Below are positions 1 to 7,725 of a DNA stretch of 32,000 nucleotides, piece after piece. Each line of letters begins with the position of its first letter. Within the stretch, counting starts at the first letter, position 1. The position numbers were made by a program, and so were the translations under genes. Source of the stretch: Gemmata obscuriglobus (lineage in GTDB: Bacteria > Planctomycetota > Planctomycetia > Gemmatales > Gemmataceae); contig NZ_CP042911.1 of the NCBI RefSeq assembly GCF_008065095.1, forward strand, positions 7,470,001 to 7,502,000. The letters are read 5' to 3'. The notes beneath the pieces are model-generated. The model saw only the letters and a program-made list of their open reading frames with translations, did no database searches and was not told the DNA's origin.

Positions 1-603
1 AGTGGGCGGCGGAAGAGGGGCGTCCGGCACGGGGCTCGGCGGCACCACGATCGACCCGGCACTTTCTTCGCCCGGGGCGGGCACGGCGGGCGCGCTGGCG
101 ACGCTCCCCGCCGTCTTACCGAGTACAATGATCGGCTTGATCTCACCGGTCGCCACGTCCAGCACGATGCACGTTTTCGGGTTGGCGCGGAACAGCGCGC
201 CGGGGTTCGCGACGAGCGTGCGGCCGGTGCGGTGCTGCTCGCGGACGTGAGTGTGGCCGTAGAACACGTAATCGAAGAAGTCCGCGTTCTCCAACTGGCG
301 CAACTGGTGCCGCTCGTGGCTGTGGACCCACGCGATGCGCTTGTCCCCGAGGGTCAGCGCGCCGAACGAGTCGTAGTGCGTACCGCCCACGTCCTTGATG
401 GCGGTCGCGAGCCGATTTTTGTCTTTGTCCCAGTTGCCGAACACGAAGTGCGTGGGGACCGGTCGGAACACGCGAACCGTATCGGGCGACTCGATGTCGC
501 CGCAATGCAAAATGAGCTCAACCTCCTGCTCCATCAGGAGGCGAACGGCTTCCGCGACCGCCTCCTGGCGGTCGTGGGTGTCGCTGACAACCCCGATCCG
601 CAT
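1..603 (-). CDS. metallophosphoesterase, YfcE/MJ0936-like (partial; C-terminus runs off the window)
   Basis: Not in the supplied ORF track because it has no in-window stop. ATG is at 603-601 on the minus strand, and that frame is stop-free down to base 1 (checked codon by codon). My translation is MRIGVVSDTHDRQEAVAEAVRLLMEQEVELILHCGDIESPDTVRVF...HFVFGNWDKD...YVFYGHTHVREQH...LVANPGAL. It carries the calcineurin-like phosphoesterase motifs DxH, GD, GNxD and GHTH. Confidence 0.8.
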   Translation of the reverse strand, partial: MRIGVVSDTHDRQEAVAEAVRLLMEQEVELILHCGDIESPDTVRVFRPVPTHFVFGNWDKDKNRLATAIKDVGGTHYDSFGALTLGDKRIAWVHSHERHQLRQLENADFFDYVFYGHTHVREQHRTGRTLVANPGALFRANPKTCIVLDVATGEIKPIIVLGKTAGSVASAPAVPAPGEESAGSIVVPPSPVPDAPLPPPT

Positions 604-672
604 GGTTCCCCCGTTACGCCCCCGGTTCAACGCTTGCGCACTCTTTGTCTACCTTAACAAACTGTGCAGGTC

Positions 673-698
673 GTGGGCAGTGGGCAGTGGGCAGTGGA
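673..698. repeat. heptamer microsatellite (GTGGGCA)x3 plus a partial unit
   Basis: Direct reading gives GTGGGCA GTGGGCA GTGGGCA GTGGA. It lies in the spacer between the stop of the 803..2125 gene and the start of the 1..603 gene, both on the minus strand. Confidence 0.9.
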
Positions 699-802
699 CA
701 GGAAAACACGACGCGCCGATAATAACTCGCCGCATTTTCGGTTCCAGCGTAACGCCCGGTCCGCGGCCTTTCGGACGCGCACCGGCCGGGTATGTCGGAG
801 AA

Positions 803-2125
803 TCACTTCTTCGTGGGGAACGCGATCGCGTTGAGGAGTTCGCGGTCCCGGTTACCGACGGCCTTCACCTTGTCGGGCTTCATCGCGAACGTCACCGCGA
901 CCTGGTCGCCCTGGGGGCCGGCGAGCAGGTTGAAGCTCTGTACCACCGGCAGGTCCTCCATCTTACCCTCCGTGACGATCCGGTACAGCCAGCGGCCGTC
1001 CGGCGCGGAGGTCTCGGTGTCTTCCAGCAGGCGCGTCGGGGTCCAGCCCGGTGAGGCGTTCGCGGCCTTCTTGAACTCCTCCGCGGGGGTGTGCTTGCCC
1101 GCGGCCTCCTTCTTCCACGCGACCAGCGTCGCCTGGGCGACGAACTCGCCCTTGTCGAGCAGGCGCAGAACCAGGTGCTGGTCGGTCTGGCCGGTCACGT
1201 GCCAGTCGCGATGGTAGAGCAACTCGTAGCGGTTTTTTGGATCGGTGTGGCGGAGCAGTGCCAGTGCCGGGGGCACGTCCGTCTTCGGAACGGCCGCCAG
1301 CGCGACATCGCCCAGTTCCTTCGGCGGCGCCGCCAGCGCCTCGCGCTTCAGCACCACCGTGACGTCCACCTGCGACGCCGGCGCCACCGGCCCCTGGTCG
1401 CGGTCGTCCTTCTGCTTCCAGGTCAAACCGGTGACACGCTTCGCGGTCGTGTCGAAGGTGCCGGCGGCGCTGACCGTCAACGTCACCTTCGCGCCGTTCT
1501 CGATGCCTTCCGCCGTCCCTTCAATGGTGAACGTCGCGGCGCCGTTGGCGGCGGCGGTCAGTTTGCCCACCAGGGCGTTCTTCAGCAGCCCGTCGAACTG
1601 GCAGGCGGTCTGCGCCGCGGCCGGGGCGACGGCCCAGGTGTCGCCCACGTTCACGGCCTTGTTCGGCAGCAACCCCGCAAGACACTGCGGGTTAAAGTGC
1701 TCGGTCACGAGGTCGAGTTCGTCGCGGGTGAGCGGCCCGGCGGGGCTGAAGCAGAAGGTCCCGTCCGAGCCGCGCGCCGCGATAATGAGCCGCCGGTCGG
1801 CCGGCAGCGCCCGGTCGGACCGCTCGGACGCGACCACCGCCGACGCCCCCGCCCCTTCGTAGTAGCGCACGGACCGCACGGGGAGCCCGTCCGCGGCGCT
1901 CAGCGTGCGCTCGGCGAACGTGTGCCGGGCCTTGGCCGCCAGCCGCACCTCCTCCTTCGCACCCTCCTGTGTGACGATCAGCTTTCCCGCGAGGTCGAAC
2001 TCCACGCTGTACCGGAAGCACTCGCCCGCCGCAGGGGCTTCGCCGAGCGCCACTTGCGCCCGAGCGAGCGACGGGCACAGGCCCGCGGAGACCAGGATCG
2101 CGATTGCGGTTGCGGCGCGCCTCAT
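803..2125 (-). CDS. secreted hypothetical protein (Sec signal peptide, no recognisable catalytic motif)
   Basis: ORF 803..2230(-) trimmed to the internal ATG at 2125. There MRRAATAIAILVSAGLCPSLARAQ looks like a signal peptide, and AGGAG lies 8 nt upstream. GC3 coding bias is strong over the whole length. Confidence 0.7.
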   Translation of the reverse strand: MRRAATAIAILVSAGLCPSLARAQVALGEAPAAGECFRYSVEFDLAGKLIVTQEGAKEEVRLAAKARHTFAERTLSAADGLPVRSVRYYEGAGASAVVASERSDRALPADRRLIIAARGSDGTFCFSPAGPLTRDELDLVTEHFNPQCLAGLLPNKAVNVGDTWAVAPAAAQTACQFDGLLKNALVGKLTAAANGAATFTIEGTAEGIENGAKVTLTVSAAGTFDTTAKRVTGLTWKQKDDRDQGPVAPASQVDVTVVLKREALAAPPKELGDVALAAVPKTDVPPALALLRHTDPKNRYELLYHRDWHVTGQTDQHLVLRLLDKGEFVAQATLVAWKKEAAGKHTPAEEFKKAANASPGWTPTRLLEDTETSAPDGRWLYRIVTEGKMEDLPVVQSFNLLAGPQGDQVAVTFAMKPDKVKAVGNRDRELLNAIAFPTKK

Positions 2126-2275
2126 TTTCGGTGCTCCTGTGAGACTTGAGAGTGGACATCTAGCCTGGCGCCATACCCGCGGGGCGCGCGGGGGGTCAAG
2201 TGGAAGCCCTGCGCCGCCCGCCGCCCGCAACGGCCAAGGGCCGTTCCGTGTGTGTAACTGGGCGGGCTACGAAGA

Positions 2276-2343
2276 CCCCTCCCCCAAGGGGAGAGGGGCT
2301 TAAAACACTGGTGCTTTGAGCCCCTCTCCCCTTGGGGGAGGGG
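2276..2343. repeat. perfect 25-bp inverted repeat (hairpin, 18-nt loop)
   Basis: Left arm CCCCTCCCCCAAGGGGAGAGGGGCT (2276-2300) is the exact reverse complement of the right arm (2319-2343). It sits in the 358-bp divergent spacer between the 803..2125(-) and 2485..4284(+) genes. Confidence 0.9.
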
Positions 2344-2484
2344 TTGGGGAGGGGCCTTGCTCCGACAACCCAGACCCAAACGCGGAACGGCCCTGGCGCA
2401 ACGCGCCGCGGGGCTTCGCACTTGGCGGCCCAAACGGGGCAGGGTACGATAGGTTCCACGATCCGCGACCCAGGAGCGAGAACG

Positions 2485-4284
2485 ATGAGCGACACCGCGC
2501 CCGCGGCCGGCCCTGCCATGCCGTCCGCTCCGTCTCGACGTTGGAGCCGCTTACCGTGGCTGTGTGCCGTCGCCTTCTCCCTCCCAGCCGCCCTCGGGTG
2601 CGGGACCAGCGACCTCGCAGCGGACGCGGCCACCGGGCACGCGAGCCTAGGTGGGCAGAACGCACCGGCCGGTAAGGGCCAACACGATCTGCCGAACCTC
2701 GGCGCGCTCGCGAGCGTCCGGCAGGACGGGAAAGGTGCGAAGAAGGACGAGAAAAAGGAACCCGCACCGGAGCTGGACGGCGGGGTGGCCTGGCTCAACA
2801 GCGCCGGCCCGCTCACGCTCAAAAAAGACCTCAAGGGCAAGATCGTCATCCTCGACTTCTGGACGCTGTGCTGCATCAACTGCATCCACATCATGCCGGA
2901 CCTGGCGAAGCTCGAAAAGAAGTACCCCAACGAACTCGTCGTGATCGGCGTTCACTCGCCGAAGTTCGAGAACGAGAAGGACACCGCCAGCATCCGCAAG
3001 GCGATCCTCCGCTACCAGATCGAGCACCCGGTGGTGAACGACGCCGACCACAAGCTCTGGAACAAGTTCCAGGTGGACGCGTGGCCCACGTTCGTGGTGA
3101 TCGACCCCGAGGGCAATCTGGTCGGGTACACCTCGGGCGAGGGGAACTACGAGTTGCTCGACGTGGTCGTCGGGAAACTCGTTGACGAACACAAGAAAAA
3201 GAAGACGCTCGACGAGAAGCCGATCCGCTTCGATCTGGCCAAGTTTCGCGAGACCGGGGACACGCCGCTGTTCTTCCCGGGCAAGGTCGTCGCGGACGAA
3301 CCGGGCCGGCGGCTGTTCATCGCGGACAGCACCCACCACCGGGTCGTGGTCACCGACCTCGCGGGGAACAAGCTGCACGTCATCGGCACCGGGGCGCCGG
3401 GCAAAACCGACGGCCCGTTCGATAAGGCGCAGTTCGACGACCCGCAGGGGATGGCGGTGCGCGGCGACACGCTGTTCGTGGCCGACCGCAAGAACCACCT
3501 CGTCCGCGAGATCGATCTGAAGGCGAAGACCGTTGCGACGATCGCCGGAAACGGCACCCAGGACCACGAGGCCGAGAGCCGGCGGCTGACGCAGCCCGTC
3601 CCCGCGAAGGAGATCGGGCTGAACAGCCCGTGGGACCTGTGGCTGGGCGGCGACAAGCTGTACATCGCGATGGCCGGGCACCACCAGATCTGGGCGCTCG
3701 ACCTGAAGGAGAAGAACCTGATCCCGTACGCCGGGAACGGCCGCGAAACGATCGGCGACGGCCCCCTGCGGCGGGCGATGTTCGCGCAGCCCAGCGGGCT
3801 GACCAGCGACGGGAAGTTCCTGTACGTCGCGGACAGTGAGATCAGCGCGATCCGCAAGGTGCCGCTGGACCCCGAAGGTAAAGTGGAAACGCTCGTCGGC
3901 CGCGGGCTGTTCGTGTTCGGCGACGTGGACGGCGCGGGGCAGGCCGCCGACGGCCCCCTCGCAGCCAAAACGGAGGCCCGGTTGCAGCACGCCCTCGGGG
4001 TGGCTCACGCCGACGGCAAGCTGTTCATCGCCGACACGTACAACAGCAAGATCAAGACCTACGACCTGAAGTCGGGCGAGGTGAAGACGTTCCTGGGCGG
4101 GCGGCCGCTCGGGTGGTTCGGCCCGGACCTGTTCAACGAACCCGCGGGCATCAGCTACGCCGGCGGCAAGCTCTACGTCGCCGACACGAACGCCCACCGC
4201 ATCCGCGTCGTGGACGTCGCGACCAAGACGGTCACCACGCTGCACCTGAAGGGCGTCGAACCGCCCGCCGCACCGAAGAAGTAA
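2485..4284 (+). CDS. thioredoxin-like domain + NHL-repeat beta-propeller lipoprotein (NHLRC2-like architecture)
   Basis: ORF 2332..4284 trimmed to ATG 2485, with AGGAG 8 nt upstream. The signal peptide ends in a lipobox-like ALGC. A Trx-fold motif reads KGKIVILDFWTLCCINCIHIMPDL (CxxC = C-I-N-C). Six repeated NHL-like units follow: LFIADSTHHRVVV, LFVADRKNHLVREI, LYIAMAGHHQIWAL, LYVADSEISAIRKV, LFIADTYNSKIKTY, LYVADTNAHRIRVV. Confidence 0.85.
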   Translation: MSDTAPAAGPAMPSAPSRRWSRLPWLCAVAFSLPAALGCGTSDLAADAATGHASLGGQNAPAGKGQHDLPNLGALASVRQDGKGAKKDEKKEPAPELDGGVAWLNSAGPLTLKKDLKGKIVILDFWTLCCINCIHIMPDLAKLEKKYPNELVVIGVHSPKFENEKDTASIRKAILRYQIEHPVVNDADHKLWNKFQVDAWPTFVVIDPEGNLVGYTSGEGNYELLDVVVGKLVDEHKKKKTLDEKPIRFDLAKFRETGDTPLFFPGKVVADEPGRRLFIADSTHHRVVVTDLAGNKLHVIGTGAPGKTDGPFDKAQFDDPQGMAVRGDTLFVADRKNHLVREIDLKAKTVATIAGNGTQDHEAESRRLTQPVPAKEIGLNSPWDLWLGGDKLYIAMAGHHQIWALDLKEKNLIPYAGNGRETIGDGPLRRAMFAQPSGLTSDGKFLYVADSEISAIRKVPLDPEGKVETLVGRGLFVFGDVDGAGQAADGPLAAKTEARLQHALGVAHADGKLFIADTYNSKIKTYDLKSGEVKTFLGGRPLGWFGPDLFNEPAGISYAGGKLYVADTNAHRIRVVDVATKTVTTLHLKGVEPPAAPKK

Positions 4285-4354
4285 ACCGGCCGATGGGACC
4301 GGCTGGCGCGCCCACGGAACACACGAACCGCACTCTGAACGTTGAGGACCTCTG

Positions 4355-4939
4355 ATGATTCGCACTTGCGCGGTTCCGTTCGCACTCGCGGCCGTGGCCC
4401 TGCTCGGGGCCGCCCCGGGCACCGCGAGCGCCCAGAAGTGGTACGAGAAGGCCGTGAAAAAGGTGGAAGGGAAGTTCACGCCGGCCGAGGCCAAGCCGGG
4501 GCAGACGGTCACGTTCACGCTCACCGTCGAACTCAACGACGGCTACCACACGTACCCGCTCACCCAGCCCGACCCGAAGGCCGACGGGATGGTAAACGTC
4601 CTCAAATTCCCCAAAGCCGACAAACTCGTGTTCGTCGGCAAAACCGAGGACCCGAAGGGCTCCCTCTCGAAGGAAGAGCCCGACCTGGGCATCAAGGAAC
4701 TGCTCTACTGCCCCGGCACCGTGACCTACACCCGGAAGGTGGTCGTTTCGCCGAAGGCCACGCCGGGGGCGGTCGCGGTGAAACTGGACACGTTCAGCCT
4801 GAGCGTGTGCGACAGCAACAACTGCTTCCCGCCGAAGAAGGTGCCGGTGGAAGCGACCTTCAAGGTGCTCGACGGCCCGGCCGTCGCCGTGGAGCAGACC
4901 TACGCCGCGGAGGTGGCCAAGGCGCTCGAGGGCAAGTGA
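4355..4939 (+). CDS. secreted DsbD N-terminal (DsbD-alpha)-like domain protein, standalone
   Basis: ATG 4355 has GAGGA 6 nt upstream. Signal peptide is MIRTCAVPFALAAVALLGAAPGTASAQ. The region GYHTYPL...LSVCDSNNCFPPK resembles the Cys-x(4-5)-Cys-x-PP active region of DsbD-alpha. The same domain is repeated at the N-terminus of the next gene. Confidence 0.7.
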   Translation: MIRTCAVPFALAAVALLGAAPGTASAQKWYEKAVKKVEGKFTPAEAKPGQTVTFTLTVELNDGYHTYPLTQPDPKADGMVNVLKFPKADKLVFVGKTEDPKGSLSKEEPDLGIKELLYCPGTVTYTRKVVVSPKATPGAVAVKLDTFSLSVCDSNNCFPPKKVPVEATFKVLDGPAVAVEQTYAAEVAKALEGK

Positions 4940-5053
4940 CCCGCGGGCGGCTCTGAATAGCGGCGCCCCGGGCCGCGTCTGTAAGAATGTTCGCGGGCGG
5001 CGTGTATGCCCCCTCAACGGGGCAGACCGACATGTCGCCCCCTGATCGATAGA

Positions 5054-5079
5054 AAAGCCCACGGTCGACCGTGGGCTTT
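5054..5079 (+). terminator. putative intrinsic terminator hairpin
   Basis: AAAGCCCACGG-TCGA-CCGTGGGCTTT forms an 11-bp perfect stem, followed by the T-rich GTTCTTGGTT. It lies 115 nt after the stop of 4355..4939. Confidence 0.55.
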
Positions 5080-5109
5080 GTTCTTGGTTCCCCTCTGCGG
5101 TGCTTCGTT

Positions 5110-7254
5110 ATGGTGCGCTCCGCCCTCCCTCTCGCCGCCTTCGTGCTGTTCGTCCTTTCCGCACCGGCCGGCGCACAACCCGACATCGGTGCCAAGGGGA
5201 ATTTGCCGAAGGAGTTCGCCGCCCGCGCGAGTGTGAGCGTCGAGGTCGTACCCGCGAAGGCCAAGCGGGGTGAAACGGTGCTGGTCAAGCTGACGGTCGC
5301 CCCCCGGCCGGAGGCGCATGCGTGGACGTACCCCGCCTTCCCGAAGGACGGGGAGGAGCAGTTGTCGCGCAACACGCTCGCGTTCCCCCCGCCCGGCGAC
5401 CTCATCTTCATCGGCAAGCTCGCCGACCCGGCGGTGGCCTGGAAGGAGAAGCCGCGCGACACGGGCGTGGGACTGGACCAGTACACCGAGTCGCCGGTCA
5501 CGTGGGAGCTGAAAGCGGTCGTCTCGCCGAAAGCGGCGGTCGGGCCGAAGGCGGTTCTGCTTGAGGGCATCCGGCTCCAGGTGTGCGACGCACGAAAGTG
5601 CATCCCGACCGACGGTCGGAAACTGCCGCCCGCCGAGTTCACGGTTGAAGAGGGCGAATCCACCACCATCAACGCCGCGGACTACGCCGAGGCGACAAAG
5701 GCCCCCCTTCCGGCGCCGAAGCCACCCCCGTCCGGCGCGGACGGGACGAAGCCGACCACCACCGCTGCGCACGACAAGGTTGCGGTACGCAAGAACGCCA
5801 AGCCGACCGACGCCTACGCCGCGGAGATGAAGGCGTTCGAGACCACGGTGGTCGGCGCCGAGCCGCCGCCGCCGCCCACGCTGTGGGCGTTCGTCGCGAC
5901 GGCCGCGCTGTGGGGGCTGATCTCGCTGGTCACCCCGTGCGTGTTCCCGATGATCCCCATCACGGTGAGCATCTTCCTGAAGCAGGCGCACGGGTCGCTG
6001 GGCGAGCGGCTCAAGCTGGCGTCGGTGTACTGCCTCACCATCATCACGGTCCTCGGACTGTCGGCGTTCACGCTGCTCAAGTTCATGGCGTGGCTGAGCA
6101 CCCACCCGGTCACGAACGTCCTCCTCGGTGCGCTGTTCTTCGTGCTGGCGCTGAGCCTGTTCGGGATGTACGACATCGGCCTCCCGAACGCGCTCCAGAA
6201 ACGGCTCCAGGCCAAACAGTCGAAGGGCGGCGTAATCGGTACCATTTTCGGGGCGCTCGCGTTCACCGTCATCAGTTTTACCTGCGTGGCCCCGTTCCTG
6301 GGCGGGTTCGCGGGGATCGCGGGGTCCGACAGCAGCTTCACCGTCAAGGAGATCGCGGGCGGGCTGGCGTTCGCGACCGCGTTCGCCGCGCCGTTCTTCG
6401 TGCTGGCGCTGGTGCCCGGGTTGTTAAAGGCGCTGCCGCGGTCGGGCGGGTGGTTGGACAGCGTGAAGGTGGTGATGGGGTTCCTTGAACTGGCCGCGGC
6501 GCTGAAGTTCCTGCGCACCGCCGAACTGCGGCTGCTGCCGAGCACGGAGTACTTCACGTTCGACCTCGTGCTCGGCGGGTGGGTGGCGATCAGCTTCGCG
6601 TGCGGGCTGTACCTCTTGAATGCCTACCGCCTGCCGCACGACGAAGAGCAGCCGAACATCAGCGTCCCGCGGCTCATCTTCGCGCTGCTGTTCCTCGGGC
6701 TGTCGGCGTACCTCGCCCCGGCGCTCCTCAAGTTCGACGGCAAGCCGCAGCGGCCGTCGGGCGCGGTGTACGCGTGGGTGGAGGCGTTCCTGCTGCCCGA
6801 AGACAAGCCGGCCGAGGCGGGTGCGGAAGAGGCGTGGGGCACGGACCTGCAGGAGGCCCTCGACGCCTCGAAGAAGAGCGGGCAGCCAGTGTTCGTGGAC
6901 TTCACCGGGAAGACGTGTTCGAACTGCCGACTCAACGAGCAGAACGTGTTTCCGCAAGCCGCGGTGCGCGACGAGTTCCGCAAGTTCGAGAAGGTGAAGC
7001 TGTTCACCGACGAGGTCCCGGAGCCGTTCTACGCGGCGGACCCGGGCGGACGTGCCCGCACCGCCGAGGGTCGCGCAAACGGCGACTTTCAGCTCGCAGT
7101 GTTCAAGACGAACCAGCTCCCGCTGTACGCCGTGCTCGCCCCGCAACAGGACGGCAAGGTGAAGGTGTTCGGGGTGTACGACGAAGGGAAGATCAACGAC
7201 GCCGGGAAGTTTGCCGCGTTCCTGAAGGAGTCACGCGAGAAGGCGAAGCGGTGA
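5110..7254 (+). CDS. dsbD: thiol:disulfide interchange protein DsbD (alpha domain + CcdA-like TM core + C-terminal thioredoxin)
   Basis: ORF 5071..7254 trimmed to ATG 5110, giving signal peptide MVRSALPLAAFVLFVLSAPAGAQ. N-domain carries LQVCDARKCIP. The membrane core has the two conserved Cys-Pro motifs LVTPCVFPMIPI and SFTCVAPFLGG within multiple TM helices. The C-terminal Trx domain carries FVDFTGKTCSNCRLNE. Confidence 0.85.
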   Translation: MVRSALPLAAFVLFVLSAPAGAQPDIGAKGNLPKEFAARASVSVEVVPAKAKRGETVLVKLTVAPRPEAHAWTYPAFPKDGEEQLSRNTLAFPPPGDLIFIGKLADPAVAWKEKPRDTGVGLDQYTESPVTWELKAVVSPKAAVGPKAVLLEGIRLQVCDARKCIPTDGRKLPPAEFTVEEGESTTINAADYAEATKAPLPAPKPPPSGADGTKPTTTAAHDKVAVRKNAKPTDAYAAEMKAFETTVVGAEPPPPPTLWAFVATAALWGLISLVTPCVFPMIPITVSIFLKQAHGSLGERLKLASVYCLTIITVLGLSAFTLLKFMAWLSTHPVTNVLLGALFFVLALSLFGMYDIGLPNALQKRLQAKQSKGGVIGTIFGALAFTVISFTCVAPFLGGFAGIAGSDSSFTVKEIAGGLAFATAFAAPFFVLALVPGLLKALPRSGGWLDSVKVVMGFLELAAALKFLRTAELRLLPSTEYFTFDLVLGGWVAISFACGLYLLNAYRLPHDEEQPNISVPRLIFALLFLGLSAYLAPALLKFDGKPQRPSGAVYAWVEAFLLPEDKPAEAGAEEAWGTDLQEALDASKKSGQPVFVDFTGKTCSNCRLNEQNVFPQAAVRDEFRKFEKVKLFTDEVPEPFYAADPGGRARTAEGRANGDFQLAVFKTNQLPLYAVLAPQQDGKVKVFGVYDEGKINDAGKFAAFLKESREKAKR

Positions 7255-7472
7255 CCACTCAGTCAGGAGCCCACCGATTGCTCTCTGTGGAGCGCGGGCA
7301 TCTTGCCCGCCTTAGCTTCGTGCGTCGTATCGCATCGCGGCTCCGCCGGTAGCTGGCAAGAAAGCGATGAACTGACGCGCACTCCACGTCGCGCCGCGAA
7401 TCCTGTGGTTAACGAAGGCGGGCTTCCGGCCCAATGGCGTTGAGGCCTGCGGGTCAAAAGTCCGATCGTCGA

Positions 7473-7525
7473 AAGTCGTAAAGTCACAAGCCCAGTGATA
7501 ATGATGGCTTGTGACTTTACGACTT
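7473..7525. repeat. perfect 20-bp stem hairpin (13-nt loop), AT-richer than its surroundings
   Basis: AAGTCGTAAAGTCACAAGCC (7473-7492) is the exact reverse complement of 7506-7525. It sits mid-way in the 470-bp convergent spacer between dsbD and the oxidoreductase gene. Confidence 0.9.
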
Positions 7526-7560
7526 GCTGACCTGATGACTTTAGCCCCTTGGCCTAAGTG

Positions 7561-7665
7561 CAATACCGTTCGTCGAAGGGGGCGGCGAGGCCCGTTTTCG
7601 TGACGTAACTCGTTACACGATCGCCATCGCCCCCCCCTGGAGCGAGGCTTCGACGAACGGTATTG
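7561..7665. mobile_element. MITE-like element: 18-bp perfect terminal inverted repeats flanked by a 10-bp direct duplication
   Basis: TIRs are CAATACCGTTCGTCGAAG (7561-7578) and its exact reverse complement (7648-7665). GGCCTAAGTG sits immediately outside both ends (7551-7560 and 7666-7675), as a target-site duplication would. There is no coding capacity inside. Confidence 0.45.
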
Positions 7666-7725
7666 GGCCTAAGTGCCATTGGGCCAGAGGCCCGCGCGAG
7701 TGCCGATCCGGCAATCGTCGGCACG

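Noticed and set aside
2126-2230. 35-codon N-terminal extension of the 803..2230 ORF. Similar extensions occur at 2332-2484, 5071-5109, 9136-9222, 10413-10442, 15589-15618, 20786-20830, 26831-26905, 27223-27357 and 31870-31884.
   Set aside because: The extensions precede obvious signal peptides or conserved N-termini. Several start with TTG or GTG without an SD, and some overlap hairpins or neighbouring regulatory sequence. Internal ATG starts with SD-like sequences fit better.
7312-7563. 83-aa minus-strand ORF, plus the 74-aa ORF 7263..7487, inside the dsbD/oxidoreductase spacer
   Set aside because: They run through the hairpin and repeat arms, lack GC3 bias and an SD, and their translation looks random. 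The region is better explained as structured non-coding DNA.
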